DNA of 62,786 bases, counting the filler, from Candidatus Woesearchaeota archaeon (GTDB taxonomy: Archaea > Nanobdellota > Nanobdellia > Woesearchaeales > GCA-2687795), in NCBI GenBank assembly GCA_030753365.1. It is 6 parts of 6 records of this genome, joined end to end, with 100 filler letters (N's around TTAATTAATTAA, not from the genome) between each part and the next. Parts side by side here need not be neighbours in the genome. Positions count along the whole stretch, not along the records: positions 48,863 to 58,250 come from JASMCJ010000021.1; positions 58,351 to 62,786 come from JASMCJ010000024.1; 4 more parts are not named here. One strand, written 5' to 3'. This document shows, piece by piece, positions 51,192-59,800 of the stretch. Below the pieces are notes generated by a model. The model did not search any database. It was not told the DNA's origin and saw nothing but the letters and a program-made list of their open reading frames with translations. Every line of letters begins with the position of its first letter. Positions within the stretch are counted from its first letter, which is position 1. Position numbers and translations under genes: made by a program.

Positions 51192-51898
51192 ATGAAAGGA
51201 AAAGTATTGATACCATTTGTAATATATGTAATGGGGATTGGGATTGTTAGTGTAACAGGTAATGAAATTAAACTTGTGTCAGAAGATGAACATAAGGCAA
51301 CTGAGCAGATGTCAAGAGTTTCTGAGGATTCAAGAACAGAATTTTCAGGAACTAAAGATGGTTATTCTTGGAAATTTATTGATTTTGGCAGGGAAGGAAA
51401 ATTGGATCTAGTTGAAGAGGGTTATGGACCTGGAAGAACTAATTCATTTGAAATGCCATATATTCTTCAATCACAACAAACTTTTTTTGATAGTGGTAAG
51501 GCAGGTGTTATAGATTATGTGGCAGACAATATTACAGATATTGTAACTGCTGATCCTTCCTCAATAACAACTTACCAATCTCCTAGGAACTCGAATAAAT
51601 CTTTCAAGATGGTGGTGCAAGGACCAAAAAGGTTAACTATACTTTAATAGGTACTCTTAAAGAAACAAATCCAGAGGATGGTAATGGAAGCTTTAGACAA
51701 GGGATATCTCTGCATTCCATTATTCCTCCTAATCGCAGTGGTTCAGAAAATCCTTTAAATGATTTTGAGATACTTATTGATATAACAAGGATAACTAAAG
51801 GACCGTCATATGATGGACTAAGAGAAATTGTGGAGTTTGTTAGGGATGAATATGAAGGAAATATTCCTACATGGGAAACTATTCTAAGAAAAGAATAA
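51192..51898 (+). pseudogene. Secreted hypothetical protein with a frameshift near 51597-51645
   Basis: Signal peptide; -1 frame open from about 51599 to TAA 51898 without its own ATG. Confidence 0.55.
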
Positions 51899-51980
51899 TT
51901 AATTGATTCTTTTTTATTTTTAGTTAAATCTAGCTGGAAAACAAAAATCTTTATAAGCTATTGATTAATACTTTGAATAT

Positions 51981-53387
51981 ATGAAAGAGAAGCTAGAGAA
52001 ACTAAACGATTACGAATGGTTGTTGCCGAAAACAGCAAGAAAAGAGATGAAGGTAGATGCAAAAATAATTGCTAATAAAACTATATTAGATGCTATTGAA
52101 GATGATGCTGTAGAGCAATTAACAAATGTGGCAACGTTGCCTGGTGTAATAGAGCCAGTTATAGGTATGAGCGATATGCATTGGGGCTACGGCTTGCCAA
52201 TGGGGGCTGTTATGGCATTTGATAAGGAAGATGGGTTCATAAGCAGCGGTTGCACTGGCTTCGACATAAACTGTGGAATTAACTCAATAAGAACCAATTT
52301 AAGCTATAATGAAGTTAAAGATAAGTTAAAAGAATTAATTTCTGAATTGTTCAAAACTATTCCCTGCGGTGTTGGTTCTAAAGGTAAATTGAGATTAACT
52401 AATGACCAGTTAGATGAAGTTATGGTAAAGGGGGTAAACTGGGCTGTTAAGAACAATTATGGAGTTAAAGATGATATTAAAAATATGGAAGAAAATGGAT
52501 GTATGGAAGGCGCTGACCCAAACAAGGTTTCTGATTTAGCCAAGAAAAGGGGAGTTCCTCAGCTAGGAACGCTTGGTGCTGGAAATCATTTCTTGGAGAT
52601 ACAGAAAGTCTCAGAAATATTTGATAAAGAATATGCAAATAAATTAGGTATTAACAATCAAGATCAGGTTTTAATTATGTTACATTGCGGTTCAAGGGGT
52701 TTTGGGCATCAGGTTGCATCAGATTATCTGAAAATCCATGAAAAGGCTGTTGATAAGTATAATATTAAATTGCCTGACAAACAGTTAGTTGGAGCTCCTG
52801 CTAACTCTGAAGAAGGGCAGGATTATCTTAAAGCTATGAAATGCGCTGTTAATTACAGTTTTACAAACAGGCTTGTTATGACGCAATGGATAAGGGAAAC
52901 TTTTGAGAAGGTTTTTGGAAAGAGCTGGGAGGATATGGATATGCATACTGTTTATTCTATTGCTCATAATATAACTAAAATAGAAAAACATAAAGTCGAA
53001 GGCAAAGAAAAAGAGATTTATATAACCAGGAAAGGAGCAACAAGAGCATTTCCTGATATTCCTGCTTTAATTGCTGGAACTATGGGTACTGCTTCTTTTA
53101 TATGCAAAGGAACAGAAATAGCAATGGAGAAAACATTTGGCAGCACAGTACATGGAGCTGGAAGGGCGATGTCAAGGCACGCTGCTATAGATAAGTTCTG
53201 GGGCGGAGATGTCAAAAAGGAACTGGCAGAAAGAGGAATAATCGCTCAATCAACACATCCTAAAGTATTAGCTGAGGAAAGCCCTCAAGCTTACAAAAAC
53301 GTGATTGACGTAGTAGAAAGTGTACATAATGCTGGGATTTCACCTAAAGTAGTTAAATTAACTCCTATGGGAGTTTGTAAAGGTTAG
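51981..53387 (+). CDS. rtcB: RNA-splicing ligase RtcB
   Basis: DMHWGYG, GFDINCG, GNHF, HCGSRG, AHN, HGAGR. Confidence 0.96.
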   Translation: MKEKLEKLNDYEWLLPKTARKEMKVDAKIIANKTILDAIEDDAVEQLTNVATLPGVIEPVIGMSDMHWGYGLPMGAVMAFDKEDGFISSGCTGFDINCGINSIRTNLSYNEVKDKLKELISELFKTIPCGVGSKGKLRLTNDQLDEVMVKGVNWAVKNNYGVKDDIKNMEENGCMEGADPNKVSDLAKKRGVPQLGTLGAGNHFLEIQKVSEIFDKEYANKLGINNQDQVLIMLHCGSRGFGHQVASDYLKIHEKAVDKYNIKLPDKQLVGAPANSEEGQDYLKAMKCAVNYSFTNRLVMTQWIRETFEKVFGKSWEDMDMHTVYSIAHNITKIEKHKVEGKEKEIYITRKGATRAFPDIPALIAGTMGTASFICKGTEIAMEKTFGSTVHGAGRAMSRHAAIDKFWGGDVKKELAERGIIAQSTHPKVLAEESPQAYKNVIDVVESVHNAGISPKVVKLTPMGVCKG

Positions 53388-54293
53388 TGTTTCCTTCATT
53401 GATTTATTTAGTAAATTATTTTCCAACATTTTCCTTACAGATTCTACTTCTTGTATATTAAGTTCATAATACACGGTGCCATGTCCATTTACACAGCGAT
53501 ATATTTTAGACTTAATCTTAAACAAATCATATAGATGCTTTGATAATTTCTTTAGATTATCTTCTTTTATAGAATTAAAGCGAACATAGATTGGCTTACC
53601 CCTACACAACTTAGGTTTTGCTTTTTTCTTTAACATATGTTCTATAAAATTCTTTAATTTGATTGGGCCTTCTGGAAATTTCCAAGTGTAATCAACATAA
53701 GAATTAACAATCTTAGGTAATTTCTTTCTTTTTTCACTATGGAGGAAGCCTATTTCTTTATGGAATTTGGTAAGGTCATCTTTTCCATATATTCCTAAGT
53801 AAGATATATTTCTTCCGTTTCGTTTCTTTACAATTGAATCTATGCCAAAAACCGCTTTTAGTAGACTCCGTATTTGTAATAACCCTTTATGGTTAAGGGA
53901 ATGTACTCCGATTGTTCTAGTTTGGTGAGGTCTAAATTGGAGCCAGCCTTCTGAATCAAAAAATGCTCTTAACCATAAACTTAAACCTTGTTTATCTAAA
54001 AATTCTATGGGAATTTCCCAATTTTCTGTATAATAAGGCTCATATTTCATTAATTTTTCATAGATTTTATTTTGGGTGCCAGAGTAACAATACAATATTT
54101 TTTTGTTTTTTACTTTTTTGATTGTTATTTTATGATTTATATCGCATAGCCTTTCAAATCTCTTCTTAAAATCTTTAACAAGAGTTAGATTTGTGTTACT
54201 AAACCTTATGCACACTTCTTTATCCCTTCCACTAATATACCCATCTCCACAAAGATATCCGTGAATTGCTGCCAAATTTTGATTAATTTTCAT
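53358..54293 (-). CDS. Free-standing LAGLIDADG endonuclease with an extra C-terminal domain
   Basis: IHGYLCGDG; WLRAFFDSEG; IGF...K...L; no intein motifs. Confidence 0.85.
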   Translation of the reverse strand: MKINQNLAAIHGYLCGDGYISGRDKEVCIRFSNTNLTLVKDFKKRFERLCDINHKITIKKVKNKKILYCYSGTQNKIYEKLMKYEPYYTENWEIPIEFLDKQGLSLWLRAFFDSEGWLQFRPHQTRTIGVHSLNHKGLLQIRSLLKAVFGIDSIVKKRNGRNISYLGIYGKDDLTKFHKEIGFLHSEKRKKLPKIVNSYVDYTWKFPEGPIKLKNFIEHMLKKKAKPKLCRGKPIYVRFNSIKEDNLKKLSKHLYDLFKIKSKIYRCVNGHGTVYYELNIQEVESVRKMLENNLLNKSMKETLTFTNSHRS

Positions 54294-54431
54294 TTCAAAT
54301 CATCAATTTTTTCCTTAAGCTGAAGCTATGTAAATGATTTTTGTATATGATACTGAAAATCATAATTTGATAGTTGAAGCATTCTTTGAGTAATTTGAAA
54401 TAAAGAAAGGATTATCATTTAAATATCTCAC

Positions 54432-54535
54432 GGGGGCACCTGACCAGTGACCAGTGGAAACAGGAAATGCAGAACTTCTAGGCTAGAAGCTCCATATCAA
54501 TAAAAACCACTGGACATTTAAAGTTGACCAGTGGC
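54432..54535. repeat. CCAGTGG motif cluster, ORB-like
   Basis: TGACCAGTG at 54441, 54448 and 54525; inverted CCACTGG at 54507; one reads CCAGTGGAAAC. Confidence 0.55.
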
Positions 54536-54538
54536 TAG

Positions 54539-54562
54539 CCTATGGGCGTCATGAAGGGTTGA
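54539..54562 (+). pseudogene. Orphan rtcB 3' fragment (PMGVMKG*)
   Basis: Matches the rtcB end PMGVCKG*, mostly synonymous differences. Confidence 0.75.
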
Positions 54563-54570
54563 GAATAGTA

Positions 54571-56286
54571 TTAATGTCTTTCATGAGATGGAGGTTCATG
54601 GCCGAATTGTTTCCTTTTCTTTAGCTCTTTTACATGGCTTAATTTTACTTTTAAGAATTTGCCTATGCTGCCTTTGTATTTTTCAATCATTAATGAGGCA
54701 TGCTCACCTCCAAGGAAGTGGGGCAGGATTACATAGTTTGCGCCTGCATCGTATAACTGTAAGGCTTCATCTATCTGATTTGCTTTGAAGATGACGATTG
54801 CTTTCTTGTTGATTTCTTTGATTTTGTTTACCAACTGAAGGTTTACTTCTGTGTCTATGATGGTTGAGATTACCATCTTGACTTTTTCTATGTTGAGCTC
54901 TTTTAACATTTCAGTGTCGCTTGCATCGCCATATTTGCAGGGTATGTTTTCTTTTGCAAGGTTTTGGATTACGTCAGGGTTGAAGTCTACTATTAATAGT
55001 GACTTTTTCATTTTCTGTAGCTTTTTGACAAGGCTGTAGCCTGTTCTGTTATAACCAAATAGGATGACTTGATATTTTTTTGATTTGTTGTGAAGCGAGA
55101 TTTCTTCCATTTTAGTGTTTTTTCTTTCAAATATGGTAAGGTATTTTGAGAGGAAGTTGTACAAAGAATTGCCTTTGTGCATTAGATAAGTGGAACCAGT
55201 TATGGTTATTATGCCTACTACTGTGAGCATAGATACTATTTCTGATGATAAATGGCCTAAGCTTAAAGCGAGAGTGACAAGTATTAATGAAAATTCGCTT
55301 ATCTGGGCTAGTGATGTTCCTGCCAAGAAACTTGTTCGTTTTTTGTAGCCTATAAAACCTATAAGAGCCATGATAATTATTGGCTTTATGAATAAGACAA
55401 AAAGGGATAGGACTACAGCAAGTATGAGAAGATTGGAAATGTTGAAGGTCATGTTAGAGCCTAGCATTACAAAGAAAAGGATTATGAAAAAGTCATGCAA
55501 TGGCCGGATTTTTCTTCCAATTTCATAATGGAAAGGAGATGACGCAAGGCTTATGCCTGCAATTAGAGAACCGATTTCTATTGAGAAGCCTAATAAGTAT
55601 GAGGTTACAGAGAGTACAAAGCACCAGGTTATGCCAAATAGAAGCAAAAGTTCCTGGGATTTTGCAATGGTGTGAAGGAATTTTGGGAGAATATATTTAG
55701 CGACAAGGAATACGACAAAGACAAAACCTAATCCTCTTAAGACGGTTGTAGTAAGGAGAATGAATATTGGTATGTTTGGTTTGTAGCCTGACAGGAAAAT
55801 TAGTATAAGAATGGCTATGATGTCCTGAACTATTAGAATTCCAACAGATATTCTTCCATAGAGGGTGTCTAAGTCGTTTTTGTCGTAGAGTATTTTTACT
55901 ATGATGATTGTGCTGCTGAAAGCTAAGGCAAGGCCGATGTAGAACGCCTGAATATATGATAAGCCAAAGAGCGTGGTGATGAAGAAACCGAGAATGGAAG
56001 TGATTAAGACTTGAAGAAAGCCTGCTAAGAAGGCTACTTTGCCTACTTCTTTTAGGATTTTAAGGTTGAGGTTGAGACCTAGGATGAATAGAAGCAGTAT
56101 GACGCCCATTTGAGAGAAGGCTGCTAGAGTGCTGTGAGATTTTACTATGTTAAGAAAGGTTGGGCCTACTACTATTCCGCTTAGAATGTAGGCTATGATG
56201 AGAGGTTGTCTGATTAGCTTCATTATGTAAGCTAATACTAATGCAATTGCGATGACAGTGGTGAGTTCTAGGAAGATTGATTGCAT
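54571..56286 (-). CDS. Kef-type CPA2 cation:proton antiporter with TrkA-N domain
   Basis: SSTII, ILIVQD, QISEFS, GYNRTG, YGDA. Confidence 0.9.
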   Translation of the reverse strand: MQSIFLELTTVIAIALVLAYIMKLIRQPLIIAYILSGIVVGPTFLNIVKSHSTLAAFSQMGVILLLFILGLNLNLKILKEVGKVAFLAGFLQVLITSILGFFITTLFGLSYIQAFYIGLALAFSSTIIIVKILYDKNDLDTLYGRISVGILIVQDIIAILILIFLSGYKPNIPIFILLTTTVLRGLGFVFVVFLVAKYILPKFLHTIAKSQELLLLFGITWCFVLSVTSYLLGFSIEIGSLIAGISLASSPFHYEIGRKIRPLHDFFIILFFVMLGSNMTFNISNLLILAVVLSLFVLFIKPIIIMALIGFIGYKKRTSFLAGTSLAQISEFSLILVTLALSLGHLSSEIVSMLTVVGIITITGSTYLMHKGNSLYNFLSKYLTIFERKNTKMEEISLHNKSKKYQVILFGYNRTGYSLVKKLQKMKKSLLIVDFNPDVIQNLAKENIPCKYGDASDTEMLKELNIEKVKMVISTIIDTEVNLQLVNKIKEINKKAIVIFKANQIDEALQLYDAGANYVILPHFLGGEHASLMIEKYKGSIGKFLKVKLSHVKELKKRKQFGHEPPSHERH

Positions 56287-56420
56287 TTTAGGATTTTAAC
56301 TGGTTTATTACTTCTAAAAGAAATAGGAAACCTGTTACACCTCTTTTTTTATAGCTCATTCTATGCATAGTGTAGTTTACTGAGGATTAGATATATAAAA
56401 CTTCTCTTTGGATGAAGCAG

Positions 56421-57050
56421 TTATACTTCAATGACTTTCCCTTCTCTACCAACATTAATAACTTTTGTTCCGCCTAGCTTTTCTTCAATGCCTTCTGCTT
56501 CATGTACATGAGAACATAGTAATATGTCTGGCTTGAATTTGTCTATTGCTTTTTTTACGCCTGATGAACCGGGAAAGATTTTGGTGAACTTTTCCATGAT
56601 TGATTCATTTGGATGGACATGGGTTATCATGACTTTTTTGGGTGAGTTTTTTACGCCTTCAAAGCCTTTCTTGAGAGATTTGAAGATTTCTTCTTCGCTT
56701 AACTGGAAGAGGCCGATGTTTGCTCCGCCGCAGCCAAATAAGCCTACATCTTTGTATTTTATATAGTAGCCGTGAAGGTTTCTTACATCATAGAGTTCTG
56801 CAAGGAAATCTGCGGTTGCTATTGTTTCATGGTTGCCTGGGATGAGTACTACCTTTTTTTTGTTTTTTACAAAGGGTCCTATTATATTAGAAGTTGAACT
56901 TTCTCCCTGTGTTAAATCGCCGCATAGAATTACTAAGTCTACGTTTTCTTTTTTTGCCTTTTCTGCAAGTTTTTTTGCAAGGCCTGTGTCTCCATGGATG
57001 TCTCCAGCGGCAAGGATTTTAAGTTTTTTAGGCTGTTTTTTTTCTTTCAT
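56421..57050 (-). CDS. Metallophosphoesterase
   Basis: DIHG, GD, PGNHE, HVHP, HVHE. Confidence 0.88.
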   Translation of the reverse strand: MKEKKQPKKLKILAAGDIHGDTGLAKKLAEKAKKENVDLVILCGDLTQGESSTSNIIGPFVKNKKKVVLIPGNHETIATADFLAELYDVRNLHGYYIKYKDVGLFGCGGANIGLFQLSEEEIFKSLKKGFEGVKNSPKKVMITHVHPNESIMEKFTKIFPGSSGVKKAIDKFKPDILLCSHVHEAEGIEEKLGGTKVINVGREGKVIEV

Positions 57051-57166
57051 TGAAAAAATTAGTGGTCTTTTATGCACCATAAATGGTGCAGATTCAGCCA
57101 GCACGAATTTTGAGCAAATTACTCCAAGCTACTCCACCTTAAAAGGAGGAGATATCTTTCAGTAAT
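57051..57166 (-). mobile_element. Family B intergenic hairpin element (copy 1)
   Basis: Homologous to 58978-59073; CTCC.CCTTTTAAGGTGGAG and GCACCATTTATGGTGC hairpins. Confidence 0.7.
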
Positions 57167-57733
57167 TTATGGCCTGAGTATGTCTACTTTTTCTTTAGTG
57201 AGATCAACTACTTTTGAAGGCTTGCCTGATTTTTCGCCTTCATAGATTATGAAGTCTACTTGAGATTTTATTTCTGGAGAGAGGTTTTCAAGCGAGGTCA
57301 TGAAATCTCCGCCAACTGAGTTTGCTGAGGTTGAAACTATTGGTATGTTGAGCTTTTCTGATACTTTGGTGAACCAGTGTTTGGGTATTCTCATACCTAA
57401 TGAATTAATGTTAGGTATTGTTTCTTCTGCGACTGCTGATTTGTTTTTTAGTTTGCAGATTAAGGTGTATGGACCAGGAAGTTTTTCCAGCCAATCAGCT
57501 TTTGAGCATTCTGTATTGTTGATTATCCATTCTTTGGATGGTACAATGACTGAGAATGGTCCTTCGCTTCTGTTTTTGATTTTTCTTATCCTTTTTACAG
57601 CTTCAGGGATTAAAGCGTTGCAGCCCAAACCGTAGATGGTATCTGTGGGATGGATAAAGACTGCTCCCAGTTCTATTTCTCTCAGGATTTTTTCTTTGTT
57701 TAGCTGAAATTCTTCTTTGTCTATTATTCTCAT
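57167..57733 (-). CDS. Threonylcarbamoyl-AMP synthase (Sua5/YrdC)
   Basis: PTDTIYGL, KNR, PGPYT, STSAN. Confidence 0.92.
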   Translation of the reverse strand: MRIIDKEEFQLNKEKILREIELGAVFIHPTDTIYGLGCNALIPEAVKRIRKIKNRSEGPFSVIVPSKEWIINNTECSKADWLEKLPGPYTLICKLKNKSAVAEETIPNINSLGMRIPKHWFTKVSEKLNIPIVSTSANSVGGDFMTSLENLSPEIKSQVDFIIYEGEKSGKPSKVVDLTKEKVDILRP

Positions 57734-57877
57734 AAAAAAGATGTAACCCTTATTGTTTTAAATAGTTTTTGGAAATAGGTATAAAAAGATATAAAAAGAT
57801 GTATTAATAAAAAGGGATTCAACAATTTTATAAATAAATGTAGATTTGTGAAATTATAAACGTTGAGGTGAAGAAAT

Positions 57878-58165
57878 ATGATAAAAGATTTAGAAGCAAG
57901 GCAAGGTAATGTTGATATTGTTGTGGAAGTAATGGAAGTTAGCGAAGCGAAAGAGTTTGAAAAGTTTGGGAAACAGGGTAAAGTGGCTAATGCTATGGTG
58001 AAAGATGAGAGCGGAGAAATAAAGCTTACTCTTTGGAATGATGATATTGATAAAATAAAAGTTGGAGATAAGATTCATATAATAAATGGCTATGTAGGAG
58101 AATGGCAGGGCGAGAAACAGTTGTCAACAGGTAAGTTTGGACAGATGGAAGTTGTGAAGGAATAG
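57878..58165 (+). CDS. ssb: Single-OB-fold ssDNA-binding protein
   Basis: GKVANA.VKDESGEIKLTLW; NGY..EWQG. Confidence 0.88.
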   Translation: MIKDLEARQGNVDIVVEVMEVSEAKEFEKFGKQGKVANAMVKDESGEIKLTLWNDDIDKIKVGDKIHIINGYVGEWQGEKQLSTGKFGQMEVVKE

Positions 58166-58250
58166 GGCATCTATCCTAAAACAAAAACTTTATAAACATA
58201 AAGCTTCAGGATTTGTATAAAGAAAGAGGTGATTAGTATGATTGATAAGA

Positions 58251-58350
58251 NNNNNNNNNNNNNNNNNNNNNNNNNNNNNNNNNNNNNNNNNNNNTTAATT
58301 AATTAANNNNNNNNNNNNNNNNNNNNNNNNNNNNNNNNNNNNNNNNNNNN
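58251..58350. other. Artificial contig linker
   Basis: N-run with TTAATTAATTAA. Confidence 0.98.
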
Positions 58351-58351
58351 A

Positions 58352-58639
58352 CTGTCTAACCTTTGTTATGAAAGCGAAGACTCTCCAGTAATCTACAATG
58401 AAGCCTTTTATGTAGACCCATCCACTTGGACAGTACCTTCTTCAAGATACTTTGTTAATGAAGAAGAACAAGTCATATCAAAGAAGGACCAACCAATAGA
58501 AGCCCTATTCAACACAATCATGGCAAATGAATATGACAGTTGTTATATAAATGACAATCCCTGCCCCTTTACTTTAATTGAATTCCAGCAGTCTAACGAA
58601 GACCAAATAGAAGAAAATGACATAATCAACTTTCCTTAA
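58352..58639 (+). CDS. C-terminal fragment of an unknown protein
   Basis: Frame open from contig start to TAA 58637-58639. Confidence 0.55.
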   Translation: MSNLCYESEDSPVIYNEAFYVDPSTWTVPSSRYFVNEEEQVISKKDQPIEALFNTIMANEYDSCYINDNPCPFTLIEFQQSNEDQIEENDIINFP

Positions 58640-58704
58640 ACCTTCTTTACTTACAAATCATCAACGAATAAATTTAAATACTTCCAACACCAAGAAATTC
58701 TAAA

Positions 58705-58977
58705 ATGCGTAAAAAAGCACAAGGTCTTCCATTAAATGTAATAGTCATGGCAGTCCTTGCATTAGTAGTGCTCATAGTCTTAGTACTAATCTTCAGAGGC
58801 CAGGTAGGAGTATTCAACAAAGGCACAAGCTGTGATGCAAGAGGCGGCAAATGTATGAACAGTGAATCAGGAGAAGTATGCCCTTCTGAAAGGCCAATAA
58901 AAATCTACACACAGGAATGTCCTGTAGTAGGAGATGGCAAAGGAGCAGGCCAATGCTGTATTCCATTAGGACAATAA
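58705..58977 (+). CDS. Type IV pilin-like protein with six-Cys tail
   Basis: MRKKA/QG then hydrophobic helix; CDARGGKC..C..C..CC. Confidence 0.8.
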   Translation: MRKKAQGLPLNVIVMAVLALVVLIVLVLIFRGQVGVFNKGTSCDARGGKCMNSESGEVCPSERPIKIYTQECPVVGDGKGAGQCCIPLGQ

Positions 58978-59073
58978 ATTGCGGAAAGATATCCACCTTT
59001 TAAGGTGAAGTAACTTGGAGAAATTTGCTCAAAATTCGTGTTAGTGGTGCAGAAAAGCCCATGAATTTTTTCA
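58978..59073 (+). mobile_element. Family B element (copy 2, ~20-nt internal deletion)
   Basis: Shares GAAAGATATC, CCTTTTAAGGTG, AATTTGCTCAAAATTCGTG and AATTTTTTCA with copy 1. Confidence 0.7.
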
Positions 59074-59075
59074 AA

Positions 59076-59309
59076 ATGATAAAATCAAAAAAAGCAATCA
59101 TAATGTCACAGATTGTCTGGGCAGCCCTTGCCCTAATTGTAATAATAATCTCAGTTCTAATAATAACCGGCCAGCTGGGCGCTGTCAACAAAACCTTAAA
59201 CGACTGTGAATCAAAAGGTGGAGAATGCATTCTAGCAGATGAATGCGATTCTGGCCCATCCTTCCTTCCGGGTTGTAAAGACAACACTATCTGCTGCATA
59301 AGCCCATAA
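59076..59309 (+). CDS. Type IV pilin-like protein with six-Cys tail
   Basis: MIKSKKA/II then hydrophobic helix; CESKGGEC..C..C..CC. Confidence 0.75.
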   Translation: MIKSKKAIIMSQIVWAALALIVIIISVLIITGQLGAVNKTLNDCESKGGECILADECDSGPSFLPGCKDNTICCISP

Positions 59310-59310
59310 A

Positions 59311-59793
59311 ATGAAACACACCAAAAAAGCAGCCTTAACATGGCAAATCATAGTGCCCCTAATCCTTGCAGTTTTAATTATCGCAATAATCCTTGCAATC
59401 TCAAACCCTATCTTTCTTCAGGGCTGGCAGGCCTCAAAATACCATTCAACAGAAAAAAGGCTAAACTTTTGCATAAGCTATGGCGAATCAGGCAAATACC
59501 CTGATACAGATAGAGATGAAAATGATAACATTAAGCCTGACGGCCTCCCAGACTTCTGTGACAACTGCCCTCTTGTCTATGGCAAGCCAGAAGTGGATGA
59601 TAAGGGAAAGCTTAGCTTTCATAAAGACATTGATGGTGATTTTGACCTATTTATAGAAGGCTGCATAGGCAATGATGGTTCAATCCCTCCTCAGCCTTCT
59701 GGAAAAAAAGAAACCTCAGAATTAGATAATAAACCCAAGATATCCCCTGATTACAAATGGAAAGGCAACCTTCCAGAAAAAGAAACAACCTAA
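59311..59793 (+). CDS. Pilin-like protein with thrombospondin type-3-like Ca-binding motifs
   Basis: MKHTKKA/AL; DTDRD, DGLPDFCDNCP, DIDGD. Confidence 0.72.
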   Translation: MKHTKKAALTWQIIVPLILAVLIIAIILAISNPIFLQGWQASKYHSTEKRLNFCISYGESGKYPDTDRDENDNIKPDGLPDFCDNCPLVYGKPEVDDKGKLSFHKDIDGDFDLFIEGCIGNDGSIPPQPSGKKETSELDNKPKISPDYKWKGNLPEKETT

Positions 59794-59800
59794 AAATCAA

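Noticed and set aside
51981..53387. Inactive RtcB because HRKG reads TRKG
   Set aside because: Metal ligands and the guanylylated His motif (HGAGR) are intact; one substitution is insufficient evidence.
3080..53387. Archease, rtcB and intron-containing tRNAs as one physical cluster
   Set aside because: They lie on different contigs; the functional link is real but the proximity is artificial.
8728..58350. Five TTAATTAATTAA repeats within N-runs
   Set aside because: Artificial six-frame-stop contig linkers.
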